Shown piece by piece: positions 26,251 through 36,802 of a DNA stretch of 64,000 nucleotides. How positions within the stretch are numbered: position 1 is the first letter of the stretch; every line of letters begins with the position of its first letter. Both the position numbers and the translations under genes were made by a program. Origin of the DNA: an uncultured Bacteroides sp. (GTDB lineage Bacteria; Bacteroidota; Bacteroidia; Bacteroidales; Bacteroidaceae); assembly GCF_958445495.1 (NCBI RefSeq), contig NZ_CAUCSQ010000019.1:7789-71788 (forward strand), written 5' to 3'. The notes below the pieces were generated by a model that was not told where the DNA came from, did not search any database, and saw only the letters and a list, made by a program, of their open reading frames with translations.

Positions 26251-28128
26251 ATGGAAGAGAACGAATTGATACCTGTAGACAACAACAATGCAGTAGAGTA
26301 CACTGACGACAACATCCGCCACTTGAGTGACATGGAACATGTACGCACACGCCCCGGTATGTATATCGGAAGGCTGGGCGACGGTGCACATGCCGAAGAT
26401 GGAATCTATGTCCTCCTGAAAGAAGTAATTGACAACAGTATTGACGAGTTCAAAATGCAAGCCGGTAAGAAAATCGAGATTACCGTCGAGGAAAACCTCC
26501 GTATCAGCGTCCGCGACTACGGACGGGGCATCCCGCAAGGAAAGCTGATTGAAGCGGTCAGCATGCTGAATACGGGCGGCAAATATGACAGCAAGGCTTT
26601 CAAGAAAAGCGTGGGGCTGAACGGGGTCGGCGTAAAAGCCGTCAACGCATTGAGTTCCCGTTTTGAGGTGCGCAGTTACCGCGACGGGAAAGTCCGCATC
26701 GCCACCTTCTCTAAAGGAGAACTGCTTACAGACCAAACGCAGGATACCGGAGAAGAGAACGGGACTTATATTTTTTTCGAACCGGACAACACATTATTCC
26801 TGAATTACGCTTTCAAGCCCGAATTTATCGAGACGATGTTGCGCAATTACACCTATCTCAACACCGGGCTTGCCATTATCTACAACGGCCACCGCATCTT
26901 GTCCCGCAACGGGCTGGTAGACTTGCTGAACGATAACATGACAGCCACCGGGCTTTATCCCATCGTCCACCTGAAAGGAGAAGACATTGAAATCGCTTTC
27001 ACCCATACCGGACAATACGGAGAAGAATATTACTCTTTCGTCAACGGGCAGCATACCACCCAAGGAGGCACGCACCAAAGCGCTTTCAAGGAGCACATCG
27101 CCCGCACCATCAAAGAGTTTTTCAACAAGAACATGGATTACACCGATATCCGCAACGGTCTGGTTGCCGCCATCGCCGTCAATGTGGAAGAGCCCATTTT
27201 CGAGAGCCAGACCAAGACCAAACTGGGTTCCACCAACATGGCTCCCGGAGGCATGACTGTCAACAAGTATGTGGGCGACTTCATCAAACAGGAAGTGGAC
27301 AACTTCCTGCACAAGAATGCGGACGTAGCCGAGGTTATCCAGCAAAAGATACAGGAATCGGAAAAAGAACGCAAAGCAATTGCAGGCGTCACGAAACTGG
27401 CGCGCGAACGCGCAAAGAAAGCGAACCTGCACAACCGCAAACTGCGGGACTGCCGCATCCATCTCAACGACCCGAAAGGGAAAGGACTGGAAGAAGACTC
27501 CTGCATCTTCATCACTGAGGGAGACTCCGCAAGCGGTTCCATCACCAAGAGCCGCGATGTAAATACCCAAGCGGTATTCAGCCTCCGCGGTAAACCGTTG
27601 AACTCATTCGGGCTCACCAAAAAGGTGGTTTACGAAAACGAAGAATTCAACCTGCTCCAGGCAGCCCTTAATATAGAGGACGGCCTGGACGGACTACGCT
27701 ACAACAAAGTAATCGTAGCTACCGATGCCGATGTAGACGGCATGCACATCCGGTTGCTGCTGATTACTTTCTTCCTGCAATTCTTCCCGGACCTGATAAA
27801 GAAAGGGCATGTGTACATCCTGCAGACTCCCCTGTTCCGTGTACGCAACAAGAAAAAGACAAGCTACTGCTACAGCGAGGAAGAGCGTATCAATGCCATC
27901 AACGAGCTAGGCCCGAACCCTGAAATCACCCGATTCAAAGGTCTGGGAGAAATTTCACCGGACGAGTTCAAGCATTTCATCGGCAAGGACATGCGTCTGG
28001 AACAAGTAACCCTGCGCAAAACGGATGCAGTGAAAGAACTGCTTGAGTTCTACATGGGCAAAAATACGATGGAACGGCAGAATTTCATTATAGACAATCT
28101 GGTTATAGAAGAAGACTTGGCATCATGA
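26251..28128 (+). CDS. parE: Type IIA DNA topoisomerase subunit B (topoisomerase IV ParE type)
   Basis: 625 aa. GHKL ATPase motifs ([37 protein letters not shown]), Toprim ([13 protein letters not shown]) and [16 protein letters not shown]. The length and the lack of the GyrB insertion favour ParE over GyrB. Confidence 0.8.
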   Translation: MEENELIPVDNNNAVEYTDDNIRHLSDMEHVRTRPGMYIGRLGDGAHAEDGIYVLLKEVIDNSIDEFKMQAGKKIEITVEENLRISVRDYGRGIPQGKLIEAVSMLNTGGKYDSKAFKKSVGLNGVGVKAVNALSSRFEVRSYRDGKVRIATFSKGELLTDQTQDTGEENGTYIFFEPDNTLFLNYAFKPEFIETMLRNYTYLNTGLAIIYNGHRILSRNGLVDLLNDNMTATGLYPIVHLKGEDIEIAFTHTGQYGEEYYSFVNGQHTTQGGTHQSAFKEHIARTIKEFFNKNMDYTDIRNGLVAAIAVNVEEPIFESQTKTKLGSTNMAPGGMTVNKYVGDFIKQEVDNFLHKNADVAEVIQQKIQESEKERKAIAGVTKLARERAKKANLHNRKLRDCRIHLNDPKGKGLEEDSCIFITEGDSASGSITKSRDVNTQAVFSLRGKPLNSFGLTKKVVYENEEFNLLQAALNIEDGLDGLRYNKVIVATDADVDGMHIRLLLITFFLQFFPDLIKKGHVYILQTPLFRVRNKKKTSYCYSEEERINAINELGPNPEITRFKGLGEISPDEFKHFIGKDMRLEQVTLRKTDAVKELLEFYMGKNTMERQNFIIDNLVIEEDLAS

Positions 28129-28595
28129 GAAAAGCAATATTTCCGGGTACTTTCGACCCCTTCACCATCGGCCATTATTCGGTTGTGAAACGTGCACTCA
28201 CCTTTATGGACGAAATTGTGATAGGAATCGGCATCAACGAGAACAAGAACACGTATTTTCCCATCGAGAAGAGGGAGGAAATGATTCGGGAACTTTACAA
28301 AGACACTCCTCGTATCCGGGTAATGTCATACGACTGCCTGACCATCGACTTCGCACGGGAAGTCGGCGCGAAGTTCATTGTCCGGGGCATCCGTACCGTG
28401 AAGGATTTCGAATATGAGGAAACGATTGCGGATATCAACCGCAAGCTCGCAGGCATCGAAACCATCCTGCTGTTCACGGAGCCGGAGCTGACCTGCGTCA
28501 GTTCCACGATCGTACGCGAGCTGCTGACTTACGACAAAGACATCAGCCAGTTCATTCCGGAAGGAATGAAAATCTACGACGAGCCGCGGATATAG
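28125..28595 (+). CDS. coaD: Phosphopantetheine adenylyltransferase
   Basis: 156 aa. [21 protein letters not shown] (the T/HxGH nucleotidyltransferase motif) and [13 protein letters not shown]. The start overlaps the parE stop (ATGA). Confidence 0.95.
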   Translation: MRKAIFPGTFDPFTIGHYSVVKRALTFMDEIVIGIGINENKNTYFPIEKREEMIRELYKDTPRIRVMSYDCLTIDFAREVGAKFIVRGIRTVKDFEYEETIADINRKLAGIETILLFTEPELTCVSSTIVRELLTYDKDISQFIPEGMKIYDEPRI

Positions 28596-28653
28596 ACAAC
28601 GGGCAACTGAAAAAAAGAACGATGAATGACTAACGGAAAACAAGATGATAACC

Positions 28654-30228
28654 ATGAAGAAGATTTACATACTCCTGGCATGTCTGTGTGCTGTCACCGC
28701 ACAAGCCCAGAATTTCGGTTCGTCTGCCATGCGCAAATTGCAGATGGCAGAGTTCGCCATCTCCAATTTTTATGTAGACAAGGTAGACGAGAACAAGCTG
28801 GTAGAAGAGGCGATTATTAAAATGCTGGCGCAACTCGACCCGCATTCGACTTATTCGGATGCCGAAGAAGTGAAAAAAATGAATGAACCTCTTCAAGGCA
28901 ACTTCGAAGGAATCGGAATACAATTCCAGATGATTGAAGACACTTTGCTGGTGGTGCAGCCGGTCAGCAACGGCCCTTCCGAGAAAGTCGGCATCCTTGC
29001 CGGCGACCGTATCGTAGCCGTCAACGACAGTGCGATTGCCGGGGTAAAAATGAGCACGGAAGATATCATGAAGCGTCTCCGCGGCCCGAAAGGTTCAAAA
29101 GTGAATCTGACGGTTGTCCGCCGCGGCGTACAGGACCCGTTGCAATTCACGGTAAAAAGGGATAAAATTCCTATCCTCAGCCTTGATGCCGCTTATATGA
29201 TTCAACCGAAAACCGGTTATATCCGAATCAACCGTTTCGGAGCGACTACGGCCGAAGAGTTCAAGAAAGCCATGAAAGACCTCCAGAAGCAAGGAATGAA
29301 GGACTTGATTCTCGACTTGCAAGGAAACGGAGGGGGATATCTGAACGCAGCGATTGACCTCGCCAACGAATTCCTGGAACAAAAAGAACTGATTGTCTAC
29401 ACTGAGGGACGGACCGCCAAACGCAGCGATTTTTATGCCAAGGGCAACGGCGATTTCCGCAACGGGCGACTCATCATATTAGTGGATGAATACACGGCTT
29501 CCGCCAGTGAGATTGTCAGCGGTGCGGTGCAGGACTGGGACAGGGGTATCATCGTAGGCCGCCGTTCCTTTGGAAAAGGGTTGGTACAACGGCCCATCGA
29601 CCTTCCGGACGGCTCTATGATTCGATTGACAATCGCCCGTTATTACACTCCTTCCGGACGTTGCATACAGAAACCATACGACAGCACGGCCGATTACAAC
29701 AAAGACCTGATAGAGCGTTTCAACCACGGTGAGTTAATGAATGCCGACAGCATCCATTTCCCGGATTCATTGAAAGTGCAGACGAAGAAACTGGGACGTA
29801 CGGTTTATGGCGGAGGCGGCATCATGCCGGATTATTTCGTGCCTATCGACACCACGCTTTATACGGATTATCACCGGAACCTGGTAGCCAAAGGCGCCGT
29901 CATCAAATTCACCATGAAGTTCATTGAAGAACACCGGAAAGAATTGACCGGCAAATACAAGAAATTCGAATCATTCAACGAAAAGTTTGTCATCAACGAC
30001 GATATGCTGGCTACTTTGCGGGAAATGGGCGAGAAAGAGGGGGTGAAGTTCAATGAAGAACAATACCGGAAATCGGTTCCTCTTATCAAGACACAGCTCA
30101 AAGCGCTGATTGCCCGCGACCTCTGGGATATGAACGAATATTTCCGGGTGATGAATACGACAAACGAAAGTGTACAAAAAGCGTTGGAAATATTGAATTC
30201 GGACGAGTACCGGAAGAAGCTGAAATAG
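28654..30228 (+). CDS. S41-family C-terminal processing (tail-specific) peptidase
   Basis: The start is taken at ATG 28654 (MKKIYILLACLCAVTAQAQ). PDZ region (GILAGDRIVAVND) and S41 catalytic region (LVDEYTASASEIVSGAVQDWDRGIIVGRRSFGKGLVQ). Confidence 0.9.
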   Translation: MKKIYILLACLCAVTAQAQNFGSSAMRKLQMAEFAISNFYVDKVDENKLVEEAIIKMLAQLDPHSTYSDAEEVKKMNEPLQGNFEGIGIQFQMIEDTLLVVQPVSNGPSEKVGILAGDRIVAVNDSAIAGVKMSTEDIMKRLRGPKGSKVNLTVVRRGVQDPLQFTVKRDKIPILSLDAAYMIQPKTGYIRINRFGATTAEEFKKAMKDLQKQGMKDLILDLQGNGGGYLNAAIDLANEFLEQKELIVYTEGRTAKRSDFYAKGNGDFRNGRLIILVDEYTASASEIVSGAVQDWDRGIIVGRRSFGKGLVQRPIDLPDGSMIRLTIARYYTPSGRCIQKPYDSTADYNKDLIERFNHGELMNADSIHFPDSLKVQTKKLGRTVYGGGGIMPDYFVPIDTTLYTDYHRNLVAKGAVIKFTMKFIEEHRKELTGKYKKFESFNEKFVINDDMLATLREMGEKEGVKFNEEQYRKSVPLIKTQLKALIARDLWDMNEYFRVMNTTNESVQKALEILNSDEYRKKLK

Positions 30229-30268
30229 GGTATTCAATAAACAATCATAAGGCATCGTCTTTCAGTCC

Positions 30269-30353
30269 GGTGGACATATATACTTATCGTGGTGGACATA
30301 TAGATACACGATGGTGAGTATATATGTCCACCGCGCTGTATCTATATGTCCAC
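30269..30353. repeat. Four-element palindromic array between convergent genes (probable bidirectional terminator or protein-binding array)
   Basis: E1 is GGTGGACATATATAC (30269-30283). E2 is GGTGGACATATAGATAC (30291-30307). E3 is GTATATATGTCCACC (30318-30332), the exact reverse complement of E1. E4 is GTATCTATATGTCCAC (30338-30353), the reverse complement of E2 minus 1 nt. Confidence 0.85.
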
Positions 30354-30399
30354 TAAACACTGTGTATTAACCTGTTAACTTTATCATCGGGTACACCCT

Positions 30400-31728
30400 T
30401 TAATCTGCCATATCCAACTCATCTGCAATGACATCCAACAGTGAGAATTCCGGACGGTCGTCATCATAACGCAAATCCCAAATCATGATGCCCGCCAAAT
30501 CCTCCTCTTTCGCCAATTGGCATTTCTTCCTGATGGTATTCCTTCCGTTATACCATGTTCTACCGAAATTATCTTCATCCTTCATATCCGGACGGGCTTT
30601 CATGATATTGGCGTAAGAGATAAACGGATTAAGTCCCTCTTCTATGCCTTCCAGCCCATCCCAGGAAAAGCCGTAAAAAGGTACTCCCAATAACAGTTTA
30701 GACCTCGGTGCCTGCAAGTCATTCGTCCACAGTTCTATCGCTTTCACTGCCCCTTCATACGGCGAATGCTGGCCTTCTTCCTTTTCTGAACCGTTCCATC
30801 CTCCCAATCCATAGGCCATAAGATTGATGTAATCGACATATTTATGATATTCTGTCGTGTATAAAGGTTTCCAATAGTCAATCACCCATACCGCACCGGT
30901 AAGGAGCAAGTCACCTTTCTTCTCATAGAGTTCTTTCATGAAAGGCAACAACCGTACATTGCTTTGTTGACCCGAATATGCTCCTACTTCATAATCTACA
31001 TCGATTCCATCCAAATCGTTTCTTTGGCAATATTTTATCAGGTTGTCAATCAGTTTCGTCCGTTTTTCCGGGGTTTCCAATGCCGTATAAAAAGACGTAT
31101 TATTGTCTTCTCCCGGAACACTCATGATAGAGATTAAGGCCTTTACTCCTTTCGAATGGGCTCTTGCCGCAATCGCACTGACTCCTCCTTCCATAGCCCA
31201 GGTCATCTTCCTGTCGTCAAGTTCGCCATCGGCGGTTATATAAAGAGGAGTAATGATGATATGAGTCAATACATCCCATTTCAGTTCACGTTTCTCAGGA
31301 TGATATTCACTGACGGGCAAATATCCTACATTCATGTATTTCTTCTTGATATATCCCTGATAGTCATTCAATATAATCTTGTAATCGACTTTCCGCCCTC
31401 CGGCCTCCAAAGAGAAAACGGCTTCTTTGTCCCACTGTTTGCCGACAAAAGTCTTGGGGTCGGGTTCGCCCATGACAACTCCGTCGGCCAATGTCCATTC
31501 CACGTCTGTGATGTTGGATGAATAATCGATTCCTCCTACTTTTATCACCTTCGATTCTTCATCAATCACCCCATAGTACTTGGTTTCATCTACAACCAAA
31601 GCAAAAGACTTTATTTCTTTCGCCTGTTCCGCCGAAAGGTTTGTCTCGCTCAAAGAGTCTGCGGCACAGCCGTTAAGCAAAACAAAAATGATGCTCATGT
31701 ATAACAGCCAATTATTCTTCATAACCAT
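30400..31728 (-). CDS. GH18 glycoside hydrolase lipoprotein (chitinase or endo-beta-N-acetylglucosaminidase class)
   Basis: 442 aa with lipoprotein signal (FVLLNGCAAD). The canonical GH18 catalytic motif DxxDxDxE is present as DLDGIDVDYE. An alternative start lies at 31722. Confidence 0.9.
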   Translation of the reverse strand: MVMKNNWLLYMSIIFVLLNGCAADSLSETNLSAEQAKEIKSFALVVDETKYYGVIDEESKVIKVGGIDYSSNITDVEWTLADGVVMGEPDPKTFVGKQWDKEAVFSLEAGGRKVDYKIILNDYQGYIKKKYMNVGYLPVSEYHPEKRELKWDVLTHIIITPLYITADGELDDRKMTWAMEGGVSAIAARAHSKGVKALISIMSVPGEDNNTSFYTALETPEKRTKLIDNLIKYCQRNDLDGIDVDYEVGAYSGQQSNVRLLPFMKELYEKKGDLLLTGAVWVIDYWKPLYTTEYHKYVDYINLMAYGLGGWNGSEKEEGQHSPYEGAVKAIELWTNDLQAPRSKLLLGVPFYGFSWDGLEGIEEGLNPFISYANIMKARPDMKDEDNFGRTWYNGRNTIRKKCQLAKEEDLAGIMIWDLRYDDDRPEFSLLDVIADELDMAD

Positions 31729-31755
31729 GTCTTGTTTATTAATAGTTTATAAATG

Positions 31756-31801
31756 AAAGCCGGCAGCCGTTCTCACTGCCGTAAGACAATCCGCCGGCTT
31801 T
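31756..31801 (-). terminator. Intra-operon stem-loop between the BACON-lipoprotein and GH18 genes (attenuator or terminator candidate)
   Basis: AAAGCCGGC (31756-31764) / GCCGGCTTT (31793-31801): a 9-bp stem with an inner GGCAG/CTGCC stem in the loop. Confidence 0.4.
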
Positions 31802-31832
31802 GATTCTCACGCGATTGTTTCAGAGGATATCA

Positions 31833-33392
31833 TTATAATCCGTCATTCCAATCAAGAGGTTTCTGATAGGTATATTTCTCAAACGTACATGAACCTGCGG
31901 TATCGAACAGCCCGAAGAAGACCTCGACACGGTTTTCTACAACCGCAGTCGGCCAGTCGAACGGATTGACGCCCGGAGTCGTCGATTCATACCTGCCCCA
32001 ATGTTCAGTCATATATTCACCGTCAAACCACCATTCAATCTTGACTTGTCCTTCCTTGTCATAAAGCTTCACCGTAAGGACATGCGGTTGGGTTATATCG
32101 ACATCTGTCTTATCATACTGGTCTTCCGTTCCGGGAGCCCAAGGCATGGTACGTGCATCCGCTTTCCGGGAAGGTCCCCGCAATATGAATGAAACCTCAT
32201 TCCAGGCAGGCTGAGAAGTACATAGATTGATAAAAGGATTGGCATCGCTGCTCATCGATTTGAGATAGAAGCTATAAGTGCCGAGAGGCATGTTCGGCTG
32301 CGAACATTGCATGCCTCCGCTCATGGTCGCGCCTTCACTGCCGAAGGTCACGCTACCGGACCTCGTAACCCATTTTTTACCTTCCTCTTCATCGAACGGA
32401 TATTCATCCGCTATAGGCTCATAGCCCTGTTTGATACTTATCGTCTTGGAGATAGAGACTGCTCCGCTTTCAGCTACCGTTTCTATGATAATATCGGCAG
32501 TCTTGAAACTGGTATTATTATTGGAAGAGACGTCGAGTATCAACTGCCCGTCGCCGTCCTGTTCTCCGGAAGGAGAAACAATCGTGTACCAGTCATCACT
32601 TTCATTTCCTTTTCTCGCTGTCCATTTACTATTGGATTTGACTGTGAAAGAAATCTCGCCGCCCTTCGTATCGACTCTGGAATAAGTTTCGTCGGTCTGC
32701 AGAACTATACCTTCCTGCACAATTCTGAAAGTAGCGGGCGGATCACTGATTTTCCCGTTCCGGTCTAGCAGGGTAACAACACATTCCCGTTGCTCTCCCC
32801 CGTTCGGAGAGACAGAAAGAGTGAAAGAGCCGTCATTTTCTCCGGACGTATTGCCTGCCACCTCCAACCACTCGGCATCTTCGGGAATACTGACAGACCA
32901 TTTCTGATTCGCAGCGACCTTCATGACTGCCGTTTGCGCCTCATCTTTGTTGAAGTAAACATACCGGCCCTCTTCATCCTCTTCCACATCGACCCCCGTC
33001 TCCGGAGTCAACATGAGATAAGCCGTACCTTTTTGCAACACGACGAACTGGGTTCCGACCCAATAATCGCTTTGCACGGTGAGAGTGTCAGTCCGGTCGT
33101 CCAGACTTTCATTTTCCTTGCACCTCAGCGTGACGTCAAAAATTTCTCCGGGCGCCCCCTCTTCCGGCGAAATCATACACCAGTCGCTTTTGCCGTACAC
33201 CTTCCATAAATCAGTCGATTTGACTTGGAATTGATACGTTTCGGTTCCTTTTGCCGAGAATACATACTTACTTTCGGGGTTGTATCTCAGGTCTACGCTT
33301 TTCATGTCTTGCTCGTCGTCGCACGAAGCCATAAGCAAAAGCATGCAAATGCATAGCTGGAATAAATTAAACATCTTTCTTCTCATAATCAT
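31833..33392 (-). CDS. Surface lipoprotein with BACON-like repeats and a C-terminal beta-sandwich-like domain (paralog B)
   Basis: 519 aa with lipoprotein signal (LLLMASCDD). BACON-type segments: STDLWKVYGKSDWCMISPEEGAPGE...LTVQS; ANQKWSVSIPEDAEWLEV...VVTLLD; SNSKWTARKGNESDDWYTIVSPSG. The C-terminus is similar to the neighbouring gene. Confidence 0.7.
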   Translation of the reverse strand: MIMRRKMFNLFQLCICMLLLMASCDDEQDMKSVDLRYNPESKYVFSAKGTETYQFQVKSTDLWKVYGKSDWCMISPEEGAPGEIFDVTLRCKENESLDDRTDTLTVQSDYWVGTQFVVLQKGTAYLMLTPETGVDVEEDEEGRYVYFNKDEAQTAVMKVAANQKWSVSIPEDAEWLEVAGNTSGENDGSFTLSVSPNGGEQRECVVTLLDRNGKISDPPATFRIVQEGIVLQTDETYSRVDTKGGEISFTVKSNSKWTARKGNESDDWYTIVSPSGEQDGDGQLILDVSSNNNTSFKTADIIIETVAESGAVSISKTISIKQGYEPIADEYPFDEEEGKKWVTRSGSVTFGSEGATMSGGMQCSQPNMPLGTYSFYLKSMSSDANPFINLCTSQPAWNEVSFILRGPSRKADARTMPWAPGTEDQYDKTDVDITQPHVLTVKLYDKEGQVKIEWWFDGEYMTEHWGRYESTTPGVNPFDWPTAVVENRVEVFFGLFDTAGSCTFEKYTYQKPLDWNDGL

Positions 33393-33422
33393 AATCTTCT
33401 TTGTTTTTAATATTGAGAATGA

Positions 33423-35069
33423 TTATTCTCCTGTTGTCTCTGCCGGTGTGTACACGAAAGATTCGATAGTGCAAGACGAACCGCTCTGGCCGACATTATC
33501 CAAACCGAAAGTAATCTGGCCTTTTCCTTTCTCGCCGGTTGCAATCTCGTCTAACAGGGTGACACCTGCAGCATCTTCCACTTTCAAAACTTTCTTATTA
33601 GCCTCATCACCATTGAAAATCCAGATAAATTCGGCATTGCTGTCATTTATTCTCTTGATTTCAAGTTGAATAGTATGCAGTTCCTTGAGGTCCTCTTCTG
33701 TCATACCGGTAGTCATGCTTGACCAATAACCGCCCGCTATCGAACCCCAATGAGCGTCAGCGCCTCCGAGAACAATACTATTTATCGCATTATCTTTATT
33801 AAAAGGCAACAGGAGATGCCAATTTCCCTTGGCATTTGCTCCCTCTCTCTGACAGTGGATTTTAAACATAGTGCCTTCACTTACATTTATATTGAGGTCT
33901 CTTACTTTCCAAACATAAGTTCCGTACGACCAATTATCTTTTCTAGTCTGTAACTTAACATTCGGCCATCCGTCCGATATTTTTTTAGCTGTTATGACAA
34001 CTCCGCCTTTATACGTGTCATAATCAAAAACAGACTCGCATTTGCCATTATCCAATATATCAAACCCGACTTTCTGCAAAACGGATACAGTCTCACACAA
34101 AGTACCGTCAATGTAAACTCCGACTTCTACCATTCTCGGCTCTCTTGTATCCATACTGGGGGTATGTCCCAATTTTACCGTAAATGTTCCATCATCGTTC
34201 TTTACAACTGCAGCGTTAAGTTCATCCGGATTGACCAGACCTGCTGTCCACTCGACTCCAGTATTTACTCTGAAACTCTTACTTCCTCCCGCGAAATCGA
34301 CTCTTTCTTCAGTTGTATCTCCTTCTTTGGCTTCTTCCGTTATTTCCAATGTAACTCCGTCTTGTTCGAGTGTAAAAGAATGTTTATCACCTTCGGCATT
34401 CTGGACGGTAATGACGCATTCTCTCTTTACGACGCTGTTGGGAGAAACGATGATTTTTACCGTTTCTTCGGTCACAGCCTCCCCCTGGCTTTTGCTAAAG
34501 CTTACCCAGTCTAAGGAGGTACCATCTTCCGCGGAAGTTGCCGTGATTGTCCACGGATAATTCGTTGTGAGCTTCAACAAATCTTTTCCATCCTGGTTTG
34601 TACCGGCAGCTTCTATCGTCTGGTACTTATTGGGGTCAGACGGAGATTTCTCCCATAACACTTCAACATCCAATGCTCCTTTAGCTGCCTGGACAACCTT
34701 TACGACATACTCCTGCCCGGTCCCCTCTCCGCTAATCGTCAAAGTGGCTTCCCGTTGTTCCGTAGCGGGATTGGCATTCACCGTAACAACAACATCCTCG
34801 CTCAACGAGCTCACGGCGCTTGATGAGGGAGATGCAACACATACGCTTTCGTCGCTGCTGGTTATCTTCCAGGGCACATTGCCTACGACCTTAAAATAAA
34901 TGTCGGACGAAGCTCCGGAACCCACCCGGTAAGTCTCCAAGGCATCGGTTTCCACTTGGGGCGCAGCCGTATTCTGGGAATCGATATCCACTTCCGAACA
35001 TCCGTTTCCTGCAAAAATCATCATCAGCAAACTCATGCTGTACAAAAAATTATAAGCAATATTTTTCAT
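33423..35069 (-). CDS. Surface lipoprotein with BACON-like repeats and a C-terminal beta-sandwich-like domain (paralog A)
   Basis: 548 aa with lipoprotein signal (IFAGNGCSE). BACON-type segments: GNVPWKITSSDESVCVASP...REATLTISG; TNYPWTITATSAEDGTSLDWVSFSKSQGE...RECVITVQN. Confidence 0.7.
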   Translation of the reverse strand: MKNIAYNFLYSMSLLMMIFAGNGCSEVDIDSQNTAAPQVETDALETYRVGSGASSDIYFKVVGNVPWKITSSDESVCVASPSSSAVSSLSEDVVVTVNANPATEQREATLTISGEGTGQEYVVKVVQAAKGALDVEVLWEKSPSDPNKYQTIEAAGTNQDGKDLLKLTTNYPWTITATSAEDGTSLDWVSFSKSQGEAVTEETVKIIVSPNSVVKRECVITVQNAEGDKHSFTLEQDGVTLEITEEAKEGDTTEERVDFAGGSKSFRVNTGVEWTAGLVNPDELNAAVVKNDDGTFTVKLGHTPSMDTREPRMVEVGVYIDGTLCETVSVLQKVGFDILDNGKCESVFDYDTYKGGVVITAKKISDGWPNVKLQTRKDNWSYGTYVWKVRDLNINVSEGTMFKIHCQREGANAKGNWHLLLPFNKDNAINSIVLGGADAHWGSIAGGYWSSMTTGMTEEDLKELHTIQLEIKRINDSNAEFIWIFNGDEANKKVLKVEDAAGVTLLDEIATGEKGKGQITFGLDNVGQSGSSCTIESFVYTPAETTGE

Positions 35070-35108
35070 AACTTCTATTTGTTAAATTACGTATTTGAAC
35101 AGTTGAAA

Positions 35109-36788
35109 TCACCATCCTGTATTTTGAGGCAGTAGATTTCGGTTAATATACAACTCTTTCTGAGGTATGGGATACAGATTCATGCAATCTTTCCATTCTC
35201 TTCTTTCATACAGGAACTTCTCGTATGAATACGTATCGTCATCTTTCGTTATGCTCACTCCGTATATTTCCTTTTGCGTGTCTTCTCCTATCATCCATCT
35301 TCTCACATCCCAGAAACGATGGTCTTCAAATGCAAATTCAACTCTCCATTCATTCCGGAGCCTTTCTATAAACTCATCCTTATCCGTCGATGTCACATCC
35401 GGCATTCCGGCGTTTGCCCGGACTTGGTTCAATGCCTCCCGTGCGGACAATGTATATTGCGCATCTTTGTAGTCGGGATCACCGAAAGCCTCTACCATAC
35501 TTTCCGCATAGGTGAGCAATGTCTCGGCATACCGGTAAATCACCCAGAAATGCAAAGCGGTGGTTTCCGCATTGGACGTGAAGTTGACTGTTTCCTGCAG
35601 ATATTTCCGGATAAAGTATCCTGTCGGACTGCCTCCGCTAGCCAAGGGCAAGTCATCTTCCCCTCCTTCATATATGGCTAATTCGCGTCCTTTAAAGGTA
35701 GCGCCGTCATACAAGACTGTCTTAGCCAATCGGGGGTCGCGGTTCTCGTAAGGGGCAGACGGGTCGAAATCCGAATCTTCGGTAATCCAGCCGTTTTCTC
35801 CCAATGTCACGGTATATCCGTTTATCGTTTCAAAAGCATCGACCAGATTCTGCGACGGGAAAGTCGATGTTGCCGGATCGGAACGCTTGCCATTGGTAAA
35901 CTGTATCGGATAGTTGTTCAACTCAAAGCTGGAAGATGTGGGGTTCATACGGAACAATACGACTTCTTTCGAACTTACATTGTTGGGCGCTCCTTCGGGG
36001 TCCAGTTGATATTTGTTAAGATTGATAAGGCTTAAAGCCGCACCGGCAGAACGTTTCCATTTCTCCGCATCGCCAGAGGGGTTATGCAGCTTGCTGGCGG
36101 CATACAACAATGCCTTCGATTTCACAGCCAATGCAAAACCTCTCGTGACACGTCCGGTCTCCGACTGATAAGGGTCTAACGGAAGATTGGGAGCCGCCTC
36201 GTCGCATTCTTTCACGATGAATTCGATTACTTCGCCAAACGGCGTTTTCGGCAAGGAATTGGCTTCCTCCGGCGTCATTGTATAAAGCGGCACCGGTATA
36301 TCCCCGTACCTGCGTGCCAACTCGAACAAATAGAATGCCCGAAGCAACCTCGCCTCATAGGGGTAATATTTTAACATTTGGCTCCAGCTCGAATAGTTGG
36401 TGTCATACTTATACTTCTCAATATCGAACTTCGTATAATTCTCCAGAAAATTATTGGCTGCCCTAATCCCATCGTACAGAGACAGCATGTCATCCACAGT
36501 ATTGGTAGCCGACCAGCTACCGTCATTGAAGGCTTGCACCACCGCATCGGCCTTTCCATATTCGGCGTCGTCCGAACCGCAATCACGCATGGCTCCGCTG
36601 ACTGTTCCGAAATCTTGAGGCAGATAGGTGTACACGCCGTTCATCAGGTTGTTCACCCCCGACCAACCGGAATAGATATTCTCGTCTGTATTCCTGGCGT
36701 TGGTTTCGTCAAAATCAAGAAAATCGCAGGAGGCCATCACGAATGCAGATAACGGAATCCATAAAAACGTTTTTAGTCTCATATTCAT
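35109..36788 (-). CDS. SusD/RagB-family lipoprotein (PUL2, second pair)
   Basis: 559 aa with lipoprotein signal (FVMASCDF). SusD-type features: LLRAFYLFELARRYGDIP and FAFEDHRFWDVRRW. It lies immediately downstream of a SusC gene. Confidence 0.9.
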   Translation of the reverse strand: MNMRLKTFLWIPLSAFVMASCDFLDFDETNARNTDENIYSGWSGVNNLMNGVYTYLPQDFGTVSGAMRDCGSDDAEYGKADAVVQAFNDGSWSATNTVDDMLSLYDGIRAANNFLENYTKFDIEKYKYDTNYSSWSQMLKYYPYEARLLRAFYLFELARRYGDIPVPLYTMTPEEANSLPKTPFGEVIEFIVKECDEAAPNLPLDPYQSETGRVTRGFALAVKSKALLYAASKLHNPSGDAEKWKRSAGAALSLINLNKYQLDPEGAPNNVSSKEVVLFRMNPTSSSFELNNYPIQFTNGKRSDPATSTFPSQNLVDAFETINGYTVTLGENGWITEDSDFDPSAPYENRDPRLAKTVLYDGATFKGRELAIYEGGEDDLPLASGGSPTGYFIRKYLQETVNFTSNAETTALHFWVIYRYAETLLTYAESMVEAFGDPDYKDAQYTLSAREALNQVRANAGMPDVTSTDKDEFIERLRNEWRVEFAFEDHRFWDVRRWMIGEDTQKEIYGVSITKDDDTYSYEKFLYERREWKDCMNLYPIPQKELYINRNLLPQNTGW

Positions 36789-36802
36789 CAGTCTTAAATA
36801 GT

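Noticed and set aside
26794-27570. 258-aa minus-strand ORF inside parE. Similar long antisense ORFs lie at 19005-19709 (in GH130), 1085-1756 (in PL8), 21518-21952 (in the symporter) and 23477-23980 (in the phosphoesterase).
   Set aside because: All lie opposite genes with strong family motifs, in the more GC-rich part of the window where stop codons are rare on the antisense strand. None has a signal peptide or a family motif.
28125-28128. 4-nt ATGA overlap between parE and coaD.
   Set aside because: This is an ordinary translational-coupling overlap between adjacent housekeeping genes and is not unusual.
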